Of a stretch of 64,000 nt of DNA, positions 1-12,870 are shown piece after piece (positions within the stretch are counted from its first letter, which is position 1; every line of letters begins with the position of its first letter). Below the pieces are notes generated by a model. The model did no database searches. It was not told the origin of the DNA and worked only from the letters and a program-made list of their open reading frames with translations. Source of the DNA: Selaginella moellendorffii (Eukaryota; Plantae; Lycopodiophyta); assembly GCF_000143415.4 (NCBI RefSeq), contig NW_003314278.1:78371-142370 (forward strand), read 5' to 3'. The position numbers and the translations under genes were made by a program.

Positions 1-3000
1 TGAGGTACGTGATCTAGTCCCTAGCTTAAAGTTACTCATTATACAAGCAACTTTGGTAGAGAGTCGTTCGCGACATCTACTAGCCCTTTGAGGGAAGCTC
101 GAAGGTAGCTTTGTTAATATCCTTATTGACATGGATGCTTCGGATAATTTTGTGGTTGCAGACATAGTTCGGCAAACTAAATTAACGGTGTAGCGGTTGG
201 GTGAACCAAGGACTATAGAGTTTGTTCAACGTAGCCAAAGCACCGATAAGGTACTTCAACAAGCAAGAGTCGAAGTAGGGACATGAAAAGTAGATATGGA
301 TTTCACTGTGTTGGACATGGCGGGATTTGATGTAATTTTTGGGATGGATTGGTTTAATCGGTTTGTGATAGCCCTACATGGACAAAGTAGGAACTTTGTG
401 GTATTGGTGAATGCCCGAGGAAAACAATCTAGGGTGGAGGCCTAAGATCTAAAGGTAGGGCAATGTAAGGCTAAAGACTTTGAACTTGGTGTCCATGAGA
501 GGACAACTCACTAAAGGAACCAAGGCAACATTTTTGTGGTTACTCTCGGTGAGGAGTGACAAAAAGACAAAAACAAAATAAGTACCTTTAGTGATCCACC
601 AGGTGTTGGACCAATTCCAAAATACCATACAAAAGGAGCTACCGGCGGGGTTACCCCTTGCACGATTGATAGAACATAAAATTGAGCTGGTCAAGGGTGC
701 TAAAGCAGTGGTTCGTGCCCCTTGTCAGTTAAACGAAAAAGAACTCAAGGAGGTCAAACACCAACTTGAGGAGTTGGTGGAAAAAGGGTATGTTAAATTG
801 AGCAAGTCACCATATGGTGCACTAATGTTATTTGTGAAAAAGAAAGATGGATCTATACACATGTGCATAGACTACCAGTTGCTCAACAAATATATAAAGA
901 AGAACAAATACCCTTTACTAAAGATTGAGGACTTATTCAATAAGTTGGGAAAAACAAAAATATTTCTCGAGGATAGACCTAAAGTTAGGATACTACTACA
1001 TCAAAGTAGTGGAGAAAGATGTTGAGAAAACAACCTATTGGACAAGGTATAGAAGCTTTGAGTTCTTAGTGATGCCTTTTGGGATGTGCAATGCACCAGC
1101 AAGGTTCTCGGCACTAATGAACCACATTTTTATACCCTATCTAGATCATTTCATAGTCATCTATATTGATGACATCTTGATTTATAGTGAGATGCTAGAG
1201 GAGCATGCCAAACACTTGATGAAAGTGTTTGAAAAACTAAGGAAGCACTAGTTGTATGCTAAAGAGAGTAAATATGACTTTGCTTAACAAGAGGTAAAGT
1301 TTCTTGGGCATGTGGTGGGCAAGGACGGGCTTAAAATGGACCCTAAGAAGGTCTAAGCAATCCAGGAATGGGAATGACCATGGAATGAAAACAAGTTAAG
1401 GGCATTTTTGGGGCTATGTAATTACTACCGAAAGTTTATCAAACATTATTCGAGAGTAGCCCTGCTTTTAACAAACCAAACAGGAAAAGGGAAGATGGTA
1501 TAAACAGCGGAATGCGAGGCGGCATTTGTCCACCTCAAAAGGAAGTTGAGGAAGACTCCTATATTGGCATTACCAGACTGTGGTAAGGTCTTTGAGATAG
1601 AATGGATGCTTCAGACTTTGTATTGGGCACAATTTTAAAGCAAGACAACCATTCAGTAGCAAAGAAGTTGGATAAGGCTTAGCGAAAGTGGCTTGCCCAC
1701 GAGAAGGAATTGTTTGCGGTGATCAAGGCGCTCAAGGAGTGGCGACACTACCTTGGGAGACACTTCAAAGTTTACATGGATAATGTGGCAACGAAACACT
1801 TCTTGTCACAACCCGACTTGAGAGGGAAACAAGGTCAGTGGGCCAATACTTTGGCCAAGTTTGATTGTGAGATTCTGTATAAACCTAGGAAGAGCAACAT
1901 CATGGCAGATGCTTTAAGTCGAAAAATGAGCGTGAAATTGGTGATATCTAGCGCGACAGCAACCTTTTGGGATGATGTGCAAGCAGCATATGAGAATGAT
2001 GGTCTAGCACAAGAAGTGTTGCTAAGGAACCAAAAAGTGCGAAAAGCTCATTAGAAAGGTGAGCTGTCAACGGAAGAGAAAACAGGTTATGCAAAATGCA
2101 ATAGACTCATTTATTATAAACAAACGAGGGTGTATGTTTCAAAAAGGGAACTAAGGAAGATAGTTTTAGAAGAGTGTCATGATGGACCTCTTGCTGGACA
2201 TGGTGGAGTGCCCAAGACGATGGGTTTACTCAAGAAGAAGTATCACTGGCCAGATATAGCTAAGGACATCCAAGACTATGTAAAAACATGTCCAACATAT
2301 CAGTAGATCAAAGCCGTGACTAAGGCTAGTGGGGGGTCTGTTACAAAGCATTCCAATTCCAGATCTTCCATGGAAATGTCTTACAATGGACTTCATGAGA
2401 CTCCCTTGAAGTGAGGGGTTTGATGCGATATTCGTGGTGGTGGACTGGTTTTCAAAGATGGTACATTTCATACCCACCATAACGGAAGTGGATGCAAAAG
2501 GTGTGGCAAAACTGTTCTTCGAACAAGTGGTTTGAGTGCAGGGAAGGCTAGAAGAGATTATCTTAGATCCAGATAAGATCTTCACCAGTAGATTCTGGAG
2601 AACTCTCCTATAATAGGATCGCACCAAATTGAAATTCAACATAGCCTATCACCTTTGACAAGTATTGGGTATTAAGTCAAGTTTGATGGCACTAATACTT
2701 CTTAACAAATAGACAAACATAAAAGGTGAATAGGCAGCTGGAAGATTATTTGCGATGTTATGTCTTTGGAGACCAGACTGATTGGGTAAATCATTTGGGA
2801 CTTATGGAAATATGCTATAACAACTCACCACATTTGAGTATCGAGGTGAGTCCATGGGAAGTCATCAACAAGAGAGCTATTGAAAGTCCGGTGGAACTCG
2901 GTGTGGCCGAGTATCATGGAGAGTTACCCACAATGGAGGCATTCACGACAGAAAAACTCAACATTTGGAATTTAGTGAGAGATTCCTTAGAATGGGCTTA

Positions 3001-3530
3001 ACAAAGGCAAACCAAGTATGTGAACTAGAAGCACTGGGACGTAGAGTTCTAATTTGGGGAGAAGGTGTGGTTGAACACCAAGAATCTAATGCTACCAAGA
3101 GGGATTAGCCGGAAGCTGACCCAAAAGTAAAAATGCATATATTCCTGGAAATGAATTGATCTTGAGTTCTTTAAGCAAATTTGCGGGGCCTTACGAGATT
3201 GAGGCACGAATTGATAAGGTGGCTTACTGCCTCTAACTTCCTCGAGAGATGGGGAAGATGCACCCTGTGTTCCATGTGAACTTACTCAAGCTGTACTTTG
3301 AGGATCTGCTTCGCAAAGACCAAGTAAGACCTTTACCTGAGGTTATTCAAAGGGAAGAGGAATACGAAGTCGAGGCCATCCTCAATGCGGGCAAGAGTAA
3401 ACGACAAAGACGTGAGGTGAGGGAGTTCCATGTGAAGTGGAAAGGATTTCCATACTGCGAAGTAGCATAGGAACTTAAGGAGGACCTAACAAATGTGCGG
3501 GATCTAGTGGAGGAATTTTTGCAAGGTAGA
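1..3530 (+). mobile_element. Degenerate Ty3/Gypsy chromovirus pol (protease-RT-RNaseH-integrase-chromodomain)
   Basis: ORF pieces in Gypsy order: ILIDMDASDNF protease-like, SPYGALMLFVKKKDG/VMPFG/IYIDDILIYS RT, ALKEWRHYL...MADALSR RNaseH, integrase (NRQLEDYLRCYV), MHPVFHVNLLK and EYEVEAIL...VKWKGF chromodomain. Many stops and frameshifts. Confidence 0.92.
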
Positions 3531-4751
3531 ACTCTATATACTTATGCAAAATTCAATTAAAGAATCTATTTTGAGAAATTGAGCAATATTATATATTGGG
3601 ATCCAAAAGCATGCCAAAGGTAAGTTAATTAGCATGGGTTAGCACTCAAGAATCTTAGAAAGAACTTTTGAATGAAGGAATAGTATATAAATATATGACA
3701 ACTGTAAAAGTAGTCAAAATATGTAGTCAAATCAAAGTATAAAAGTTGTAAAAGTGGTCATAGTAAAATAATATAGCTTTAGAAAAGACAAGTTCTTGTG
3801 AACTTTATCTTTTTTAAACAATTCAATCTAGTAGAAATTTTTGACTAGGTACTTATATGTTTTAATATTTTAAAGTTCATCAAAACCTTCATTTCTTCAA
3901 TTTAAATTTCTTATATAAAACTTTTAGTTGATTGCATTAACTTATGTTAAATTGAGCTCAACTTAATTTTGAACCATCCCCCCCCCCCCCACCCCCCCCT
4001 CCATGAAAGGATACATGTGAGGCCCACAATCTCTCAAACACTAACTTATATACTACCAACACTATCATCTTCCATAACTATGATCTACTTAGGTCTTAGT
4101 TATAGATGCCTGATTGAAGATACCTTTGAGCATCATTGAAGATCCTCTATGCCATTTGGCCACCTTATCACATACCTTTAAACCATATGGCACAAGTTTA
4201 ATTACTTCCCAACTTTTGGCAACACAAGCTAGACTAGTTGAATGGCTTTATTTGCCTCCATCTACAATGCTATATCCTTGTTGAGATGGAAGCTAACTTA
4301 GAGGAGGGATGAATATGCTTTAAGAATGCTAGTTGGTGGAGGTTTATAGACACTTCCAATTAACAAAATCTAGGAAGGATACAAATCAAATCTAGGGTTA
4401 GTAGGAATCTAGTGTTCTTTTCGTTCTAACAAGGTGTAAAGCACAAGGAGTATTCATTAAGATCTCCTTATTGAACTATCTACTTTTAATATTTATCAAT
4501 CAAAAAACATTATTAATCATTGAATAAACTCTAAACCTAAACTCTAAACTGGTATTATTATATAGATACAAACAAGAATAACACTATTATTATAAATATA
4601 AGCCCAAAACAATATCATTTATCTTGTGTTATAGAGTTTATTGAAATTCTTGAAATTCTTCTCTTAATTTTTAATATATTTTACTTATTTCTTATAATAT
4701 TTAACCTTTTTTTTAATTTCTTATATATTATTTCTTGTTTCTTCTTCTGAA

Positions 4752-5150
4752 ATGTCTTATAAGAAAATTTATCTTCAATTTTTTCTTGTATTAAGTTACT
4801 TCAGTTATTGTTATAATCAGAAATTTGATTGTAACTCTGATGACCCAGAACCACTTATGAAATGTATTTTAAATTGGTATAGTGCTAAACATGGAGGAGA
4901 TGTTAATATTTTTATTTATAGATCATCACAAAGTTTTAAATTTTCAAGTGATCCAAACCCTCAATTAGAAAATATAGACTTTACAATTAATGATTATGAT
5001 TATAAAGTGATAGTATTTGAAGGTTCAGCAAAATATGAATCTGAAGGATGGTATGGCTGGCATTTATGGTCATTTCAAGGTTGTTATAAACATGAAAAAC
5101 ACACTCTTGTTGAATTTTTTGAGATTAAGCCTCAATGCATTATACCTTAA
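4752..5150 (+). CDS. Intronless small secreted Cys-containing protein, 132 aa, unknown function
   Basis: Intact ATG-TAA ORF in very AT-rich DNA. Basic-then-hydrophobic N-terminus (MSYKKIYLQFFLVLSYFSYC), 5 Cys, globular-looking C-terminus, TATA-like tataaata at ~4591. Confidence 0.6.
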   Translation: MSYKKIYLQFFLVLSYFSYCYNQKFDCNSDDPEPLMKCILNWYSAKHGGDVNIFIYRSSQSFKFSSDPNPQLENIDFTINDYDYKVIVFEGSAKYESEGWYGWHLWSFQGCYKHEKHTLVEFFEIKPQCIIP

Positions 5151-7301
5151 AATATTAAGAAAAATTCTATTATATATTTTTATTTCTAAATTAATTCAGG
5201 TTTTAAATAATATTTTTTATATAATGATTTGATACTAATATTTATATTTTTTAATTTATTAAAAATTTCTAAATAGTTTTGTATTGTAATTTTATTAGTA
5301 TTATAAGTTCTAAAGCAATATTAGTTAAAAACTGTTACAATTCCATAAACTTAACTAGAATATATTATTTTTATTTCATGTTTCTTTGTAAATAGAAATT
5401 AGTTCTTTATCTCCTAGAACAAATATGGAAAACTTACCTCGATGAAACCAGCAAGACAACTTCACATTCGAGGAACGTACTTTTTTCTATTGAGTGCAAA
5501 GTGGCACTTTAGTAACAAGATTGGGGTTTAAGTTAGTTGTGTCGCCACTCTAAAAATTTAGTGTGTTTTAAAGTTGTACATATGTTATATAACACTATTG
5601 TTTAAACTCTTGGCATCTATAGTAGCATATACAAAGATTTTAACTTGTTTACCCTGTTTTCTTTCTATTAATTTTTAATAATTATTTTTTATACAATATT
5701 TAACTTTCTTTTCAATATTAAACCTCAAGATATAAGGAATGCATCTAGTGACATATAGATACTAAAACATTGGTGGGTAATTGGTTGATTTTCCATACCA
5801 ATATTTTAGACTAAATTGATCCTAAAGGGCTTATTATAAAGATTAGCTAGAGTAAGATGATATATATTACCATTGTCTTAAGAGACTAGAGAAATTCTTT
5901 TATCTCACTTTCCCACTCAACCTATTCATGAATAAAATAAATCTAAATGTATTTTGTCATGCAATCAAATCTTTGATTTTTTGTGTTATGAAGAATTGCT
6001 GAATCTTCCTACTTGTAGCTCAAACCATTAAACAAGGTAACTATTTACACTTCCTAATCTAAATACATAGTTCTCCCTATAGTTTGAGTTTAGGCTAACT
6101 AGGCACCCCACAATGAAAGTTGCTTAAATGATAAATGATAAAATGATAAGTGGACTATAATCAGAGCAAATAAACTCTTTTCTAGATACCACAAACATCA
6201 TTGTTTTTAGGAGATAAAGCCCCTAGCAATTCCCCACTTATAAATCTGACTCCCCTTGTTTCTCATCACACAAGCTCAACTCCCAGAATATGAATGTTTA
6301 GTTTATATAAAATGCTTAGAAATTGTGGAATAGGAATGAAGCTATGGTCTCAACACAGATCTATTGTAGTTAGGAAGATTTAAGAAAAAATAAATGCCTT
6401 GGTCACTTTAGCATGAGTTTTCTATTCACTATCAACTATGTAGGAATAACATCTTCTTGGACATCATCCTCAACCTTGTGCATATTTGCTTTCTTGAAAA
6501 AAATTGTAAGTCTCTAAAGAAAAAAGAGAGAAAATTAAACCAAGAAATTGCATGAAAAGATTTATGTTTTCTTAATCAACAGCTTCTCCTAAAATCAAAA
6601 GATCTGGCATTCAAGAAAAAACAATGTAAAGAGCATTATGTGCCTTTTATGTGTAGGCCACACACCTATGGATCTCATGAGCATCCTTCTTAGGTTTCTC
6701 CTTGAAGTGATACAAATGTTAGGAGATGTGCTTGTCCTAATTGCATTTGATCATGTAGATCCACTCCATGGCCATCCCTGTGAGTAGAAAATGTTGCCAG
6801 CGAGGAGCTTCTACCACCATCCATATAGTCTTATGATGGATGTGTGGAACTCTACCACATATGCAATGGCAGGCTTGTTTGGAAGGCCTGGGGAAAAAAA
6901 TATAAATGAGAACTATGGTGCTCCACACAATAAACTGGCAATATAGTTGCCCTTCCTTGCCTTTGGGATCACAATTGTGGTGAGTTGGATGTAATACCAG
7001 GTCTCTAACATGAATTGCTGGAAGTTGGTGATGGAGAGGCTAGCATCCATGCCACAATAGCATATCATACTCTTAACTTGTGAGACAAAAGAAAGAAATT
7101 CATCACAAATAACTTAAAAACTACTAGAAAATTCACTATAATAAACTCAAAGAAACTTTAGCTTGAGGAACACCAAAAGTGAAAGAAAAAAAAAAAAAAA
7201 GCTTTGGCCACTCTACCTTCATAGAATGGATGTTGTAATACATAGTGGAGGTTGGGATGATCAAAATCTTGGCAAAGACACGAAAAAGGGGCTTACTAGG
7301 G

Positions 7302-8331
7302 TATAGTTAGGAACACGGCTGGGATCCCGGCCATGTTCACCATGTTTCATGAACATGGCCATGGGTCGTGTTCCCACAGCCATGTTCATGAACAGTATAT
7401 ACTATTACAACCATGGGCCGTGATCCCGGTCGTGGTTGCTAGGATCACAACCTGTGTTCATAACACCAACTTAGGGTGGCACACACAACAATCTAGGGTG
7501 CACCATATTTCAACTCCATCTCCTCCAAGCTCTCAATCTTGCTCGCCACTACTGCCATTGCAGATTCTAGTGGTGCTGTAGCTGTCGCCGCTGCTCCATT
7601 CACTGTAGATTGGAGGAGAGGCACTTTCTCTGCCCTACTGCTGCCAAGTATGGTGCAGCAATCCAGCATACTGCAGGGGCAAAAGCATCCTTCTTCACAG
7701 TGGTGGGATGAGGTAAAAGTGCTTGAGAGTAGGGGGCATAGCCACAATTTGTGATCATGCAAATATTGCAGAATGGTGAACAAGCTCAATAGCATTGATC
7801 GTGTGCAAGCTCATTTATTGAGAGAAGGCCTAGGCAGCAGGGACATTGTGAATTGCCCCCTTATGCCAGGTAACAAGAAGGTAGAGCTAGTTAACATGCA
7901 AAAAGTTATTGACTCTAAGAAAGGCACAAGGGGGAAGAAATAACCGAATGTAAAACTTTTAATGCTAATGGTATCATCCCAGGTAAGTGGAAGTGGCTGC
8001 CTTTCTTCGTTGTTTAGCAAGTAAAGTCAAGTGCATATTGTAGATTCAATGGATCCAAAGCAGAAGAGTTAAGTTGATGTGGCAATTAAAAGGTTTTTCT
8101 GGAATGAACATATTCCATTAAGGAAGATGGAGACAATATCGAAGATTGTGAGGTTGAAGATAATGATGATTTGTAGGATGTTTGAGCAGTTTATATATAA
8201 TAAAAAGTAGTATATTCCTAGAATTAAAAAATCAAATATTCCTACAATATTCATGAGCCATCGTAAGCTGTGATTGGGTTTCTGAAATTTAAAGCTCGTG
8301 TTTGTATTCCATGTTCATGTTCATAACTATG
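7302..8331 (+). mobile_element. Internally deleted hAT-like DNA transposon with BED zinc-finger remnant
   Basis: Imperfect TIRs: tatagttaggaacacg (7302) vs reverse complement catagttatgaacatg (to 8331), 13/16 match. Decayed 8-bp TSD tactaggg/cattgggg. catgttcatgaac subterminal repeats. 7700-7860 reads WWDEV...NL*SCKYC...IDRVQAHLL...NCP (BED finger). Confidence 0.7.
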
Positions 8332-10378
8332 CATTGGGGATTTGTATTCACCTCATTTATAGCTAACCTCCTTATATTTCAACATTAGTTGATGTGACAA
8401 TACAACAATTCATGCCATCTAAGAATCTCTTTTGAGTCTCACTCACCAACACTCAAGATCCTAGCTATTTCTAGGGATTATTATTGAATCTTTATCCTAG
8501 CAAATGCAATCATAAGCTTGCTATATGAAATATAGCATCTTCTTGCTTGATTTGTTATCCAAAACTAGGAATTATGCACAAAAGCTTGCACAGAAAAAAG
8601 GTGATGAATGCCTCCATCAACTATTGAAGTGCACTCTTAAAGACTTAGGAACTACTAGAGAAAAGTGGAAGACATCTAGAAGAGATGTGAATAGGAGCTT
8701 ACATGCCACCTTGGGTGTTGGATTAATGATCACTAAAGAAGTTAGATTGCTATTGATTTCCTCATGAGTAACTGCTTTCTTCTTTTGTGCCTTTATGTCT
8801 GCTATCTTTATGAACTCTTCCTCAGCAATCTTAATGGTATTAACCTATCCAATTAAAGCCTTCCCTTTACTAAAAGATGATGAAGGTGCATCTTCGATCA
8901 TATGTTGCTCAAATTGTTACTAGTAGTGATTTTTCCTTTATGTTGTAATGTTATTATCAACAAATGGTTGCTTTTAGATATGTTGAGAACATGGTGGCCA
9001 CAACTTTAGATGAAGCTTCCAACACCTCTCTATGTTGTGAGTTGTGACATCACAATAGAAGCAATACTAAGAGCATGGAACATATTGTGGCTTCTCAATT
9101 TATTATAAATGGCAAACATAAAGCTCTTCAAGCATCTTCTCCTACATCTACTATTGATCTCTTTGTACCCTACAAGCTTTATTAAAGTCTTTTTAATCAC
9201 CATAGAAACTTTGTCATCAATGACTATTAGCAGAGCATCCATTAAGGAGGGGAGGAAAGCCTCCTCAACCCTGGAGATACCAAGCTTCTGGAGAAGATCA
9301 CACTTTAAATTCTCTGTAGTTGCAAAAGCTTTATAACACATTTTAAATTGTCTCTTAAACATCTTGTGTTGGATATTCTCCTTGAGCTAAAAGATGAATG
9401 TTGTGATGTTGTGGGGCTCATTAGTGATCACCTCACACACTCTTTTCAATAGGCACAAAAATATTCACATAGTCTAGTACCGATTCAAGAACTCCTTGCT
9501 AAAATGCAAATAAGTCCATAAGTAAATGATTCAATATCTATTATTGATCAAAGTGTGACTTGAAGGAGGCCTTGAATGTGGCATACTTTATCATATCAAC
9601 CTCCAAAAGAGTCTTTTCTTATGCAATTGCTCAACTAATAAGCAATTGAGAGAAGTCTCAAAGGTTGTAATTGTCACTGCCAATGCCATTCGATACATAA
9701 TATTGCTCAAAGTGAAGAATGTGTATTTTGGCCAAGATGTCTCCATTGCCTAAGAAGTAAGGCAAGTCTATCCCATGCTATACAATATAGACTTTAAAAA
9801 GAACTGCCATAGGTAGTGGATGCTTGAACTTACTATTTGTAAAAAACTCTCAATCCACTTTAGCTAAGAGAGTTATCTGATAATTTAGCTTGTGGTGGAT
9901 ACATGAATGATGGCCCCCAACCATAGGATAGTGTTGATAGTAAGTAGACGTCGAATGTGCATTGATTTGGTGTGAATGGGCATAAAATTCTATAATCATT
10001 ATAAATGCTAGATTACAATAAATACTCCTAAAGAGTGAAACTTCTTGGCTTTTGGAACTCCTCTTAAGCCAATTGAAAAAGGGGTAATTGCTTGATGAAA
10101 GAGCCCTTAATAGCTATTTTATCCCCATTTATCCCTTAAGGTTCCAAAGATCCACAATGATAGTATATTCAAATCTCATCCCATGATCACATGCACTAAA
10201 GGAATCCTCTAAATCTATCTTACAACAAAAATATATAGTTGTAAAACTTCAGAAGAAACCTAAAAATTATCACTCATTAGTATTCACAAGCTCATAGATG
10301 CAAAAAACATAAGTATCTTGAGCTTTAGAGCACCAAAAATTATAATTAAAAGTAAGTTGAAAAGTCTTTGATGCCAAT

Positions 10379-10961
10379 TGTAAGGGCTTGAATTTAGACT
10401 TCCCAAAAGGTCACCCATTCTAGTATTATTTAAACCCAAGGATGTTTAACCCCAAATATCCCAAGATCTTAATTATTTAGAAAATAAAGTGCACTTTTAT
10501 TTATGAGCCCTTTCCCTTTATGTTTGAACCCTTATAGATCGTCTCTTTAGTCATTTCTTTTAGTTGTTTATACCTTTGTGAACGAAAGCTGAGAGCCGTA
10601 GCTCTCCTTACCCTTTAGATCGAGCCCAACCAAAGTAAATTAGACCTACTAAATGTTAATCTTAACATATGGTCTGATTCCCCTAACCAATCAACAGAGT
10701 CGGAGTGAGACCTCTCTGATACCAAATATAAGCTCTTCATGGGAAATTTGGACCAAGACCTCTCTAATATCAAACATAAACTCTTGAATTTAGACTTTCC
10801 AAGAAGTCACCCATCCCAAACCTAATGACGCTTAACCCCAAATATCCCAAGAACATTAACCATTTGAAAAAGAGGGTGCACTCTTATTCATGAGCTTTTT
10901 CCTTTTACATTTGAACTCCTATGGATTATCTTTCAAGTCATTCTCTTTAGTTGGTTATACA
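10379..10961 (-). mobile_element. Cassandra-like TRIM copy 1 (5S-related LTRs), degenerate
   Basis: Two related LTRs (10379-10572 and ~10775-10961) with the reverse complement of the 5S core (gacttcccaaaaggtcacccattctagta). Minus-strand PBS ctctgatacca at ~10714. Confidence 0.8.
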
Positions 10962-11693
10962 AACTATATGGCTAAACTACTCAAAATTGCATAAAAATAG
11001 CTAAAACCACTTCTTATACTCAAAATAAATAAACATAAGTGGAAAATCCCTCTGAACTCTTTAAATTGGCATTAAATTTCATATGCAAACATATGGCAAA
11101 AAGCTCTAGAAGATATCTATCCAACACACTCAAGAAAAAAGAAAATGATGATAAAACAATAAAGAACAAGCTTCTTAAATTTGTTATGAAAGCTAAAGAA
11201 CAAAAGAAAAGACCCACAAAAGAAATATTCAGAGAACACTCAAAAAATCTCACTCTTAGAGTTCTAAAATATAGTCGTGAAAAAAGAAAAAAAAAGGAGA
11301 GCAAGATAAAGTAAAAGATTTTATGACTTTTCAAATTGATGCCAAACTCTCAAACTTAAACTTCTAAAACTAAATTGTAAAAATAAGGGAAAATATAAGA
11401 GGAAAATGCTTATATGTGGCTTGATTTTTCACTTAATTATAGGTTCTTTAAATTGTTGGAAATAGGAGTTAAAATTGTTTCACTGAAATAAAGCAAAACC
11501 AAAATGAATACTTTTGTCATCTAAAATTTTTTTGAAACTAAACAAAACAAAGGAAAGTTGAAAAATAGTGGTAAGAACTTCAAATCTATGAGTTTGCACT
11601 CTAAATAATAATTCTCTCATTTTCTAAAAAAAGCTAAATTAATCCATCACACTGAGTTCATCATTTCTTGGGAGATGAGAATTATCTTCCATG

Positions 11694-12270
11694 TGTAAAC
11701 TCTAAGTTTGGACTTTCGGGGAAATCATCTAGTCCAGTATTATTTAAATCCAACAACACTTAATCCTAAGTATCCCAAAACTTTTAATTGATTAGAAAAA
11801 AGGCTACACTCTTGTTCATAAGCCATTTCCCTTTATATTTGAACCCCTATGGATTGTCTTTCATTTTTTTTTTTTTTTTTACAATCCACCATACTTTCAT
11901 GCAAGTTCACAAGAATATTGTTCTTTTTGGTCGCTTACAATCCACCACACTATCCTTGTTCTCTTTGGTCGCTTACAATCCACCATGCTAGACCTGCTAG
12001 ATGTTAATCTCAATATGTAGTGTGATTCCTCTAAGCCAACTAATAGAGTCAGACTTTAGACACTTCTAATACCAAATGTAAGCTCTTGAGTTTGGACTTC
12101 CCACGATGTCACCCAGAACAGTACTATTCAAACCCAAAAACGCTTAACCCCAAGTATTTTAAGACTCTTAATTTATTGGAAAAGGGGTGCACTCTTATTC
12201 ATGGGCCATTTTCTTTTATATTTGAACTCTTATAGATCATCTTTCAAATTGTTCCCTTTGGTTTTTTACA
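11694..12270 (-). mobile_element. Cassandra-like TRIM copy 2
   Basis: LTRs 11694-11883 and 12077-12270 (TGTAA...TACA), 5S-like core, PBS remnant ctaatacca, PPT remnant atccacc. Confidence 0.85.
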
Positions 12271-12479
12271 CAAACTTCTATGTCTCAAGCTCTCAATACC
12301 TCTATCACAAATTCAAACTCTTTCATAAGCCCTAAATGCCCTCTAGCCCTTGCTCACTCTCACATTGCTTTTATATAGAGAGGAATATATTGAGAATTAG
12401 AATATTTTGAGTGCTCTAAGCTACTAATAATGGTATGGCATGAGTGTTCTTCCTTCAATTATGGACTCTAGTGCATCAA

Positions 12480-12870
12480 TGTAAATATCAAAGAGCTAGT
12501 TATAAAGGATAACCTTGCTAGACTCCAACCTTAGAAGGAATCGATGCCCTATCAAAGAGTTACAACTGCATAGTTCTATAGAGTTCACAATAGCAACAAG
12601 TGGAAGGCACTTGAATTTCAAGTAATCTTTGAATGAGCAAATGTTGTGGCATCTGATCAAAAGCTTCATAAATTTGATAGTGAGAAGTTTATTAATATTC
12701 TCCAAGGCAATTCCAACTTATTTGGGATATAAAGGTAAGTTAGGATTGCATCCATACTATATAGATATTTTAACAAAGCACTTGGAGAAGACTTCTAGCA
12801 ATGTTTGGAATGTACAGTTACAATGAGTAGATTGGAGAATGATTGAGAAGAGGGGCAACTAGAATTGAAG
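12480..12870 (+). mobile_element. Probable Copia RNaseH 3' remnant
   Basis: YIDILTKHLEK resembles the Copia (L)ADILTKPL terminus and is followed by purine-rich gagaagagggg. Confidence 0.4.

Noticed and set aside
8380-10300. Gag-like minus-strand remnants
   Set aside because: Too decayed to classify or delimit.
11039-11314. Lys-rich 91-aa ORF
   Set aside because: A-rich low-complexity DNA between TRIMs, non-ATG start, no domain.
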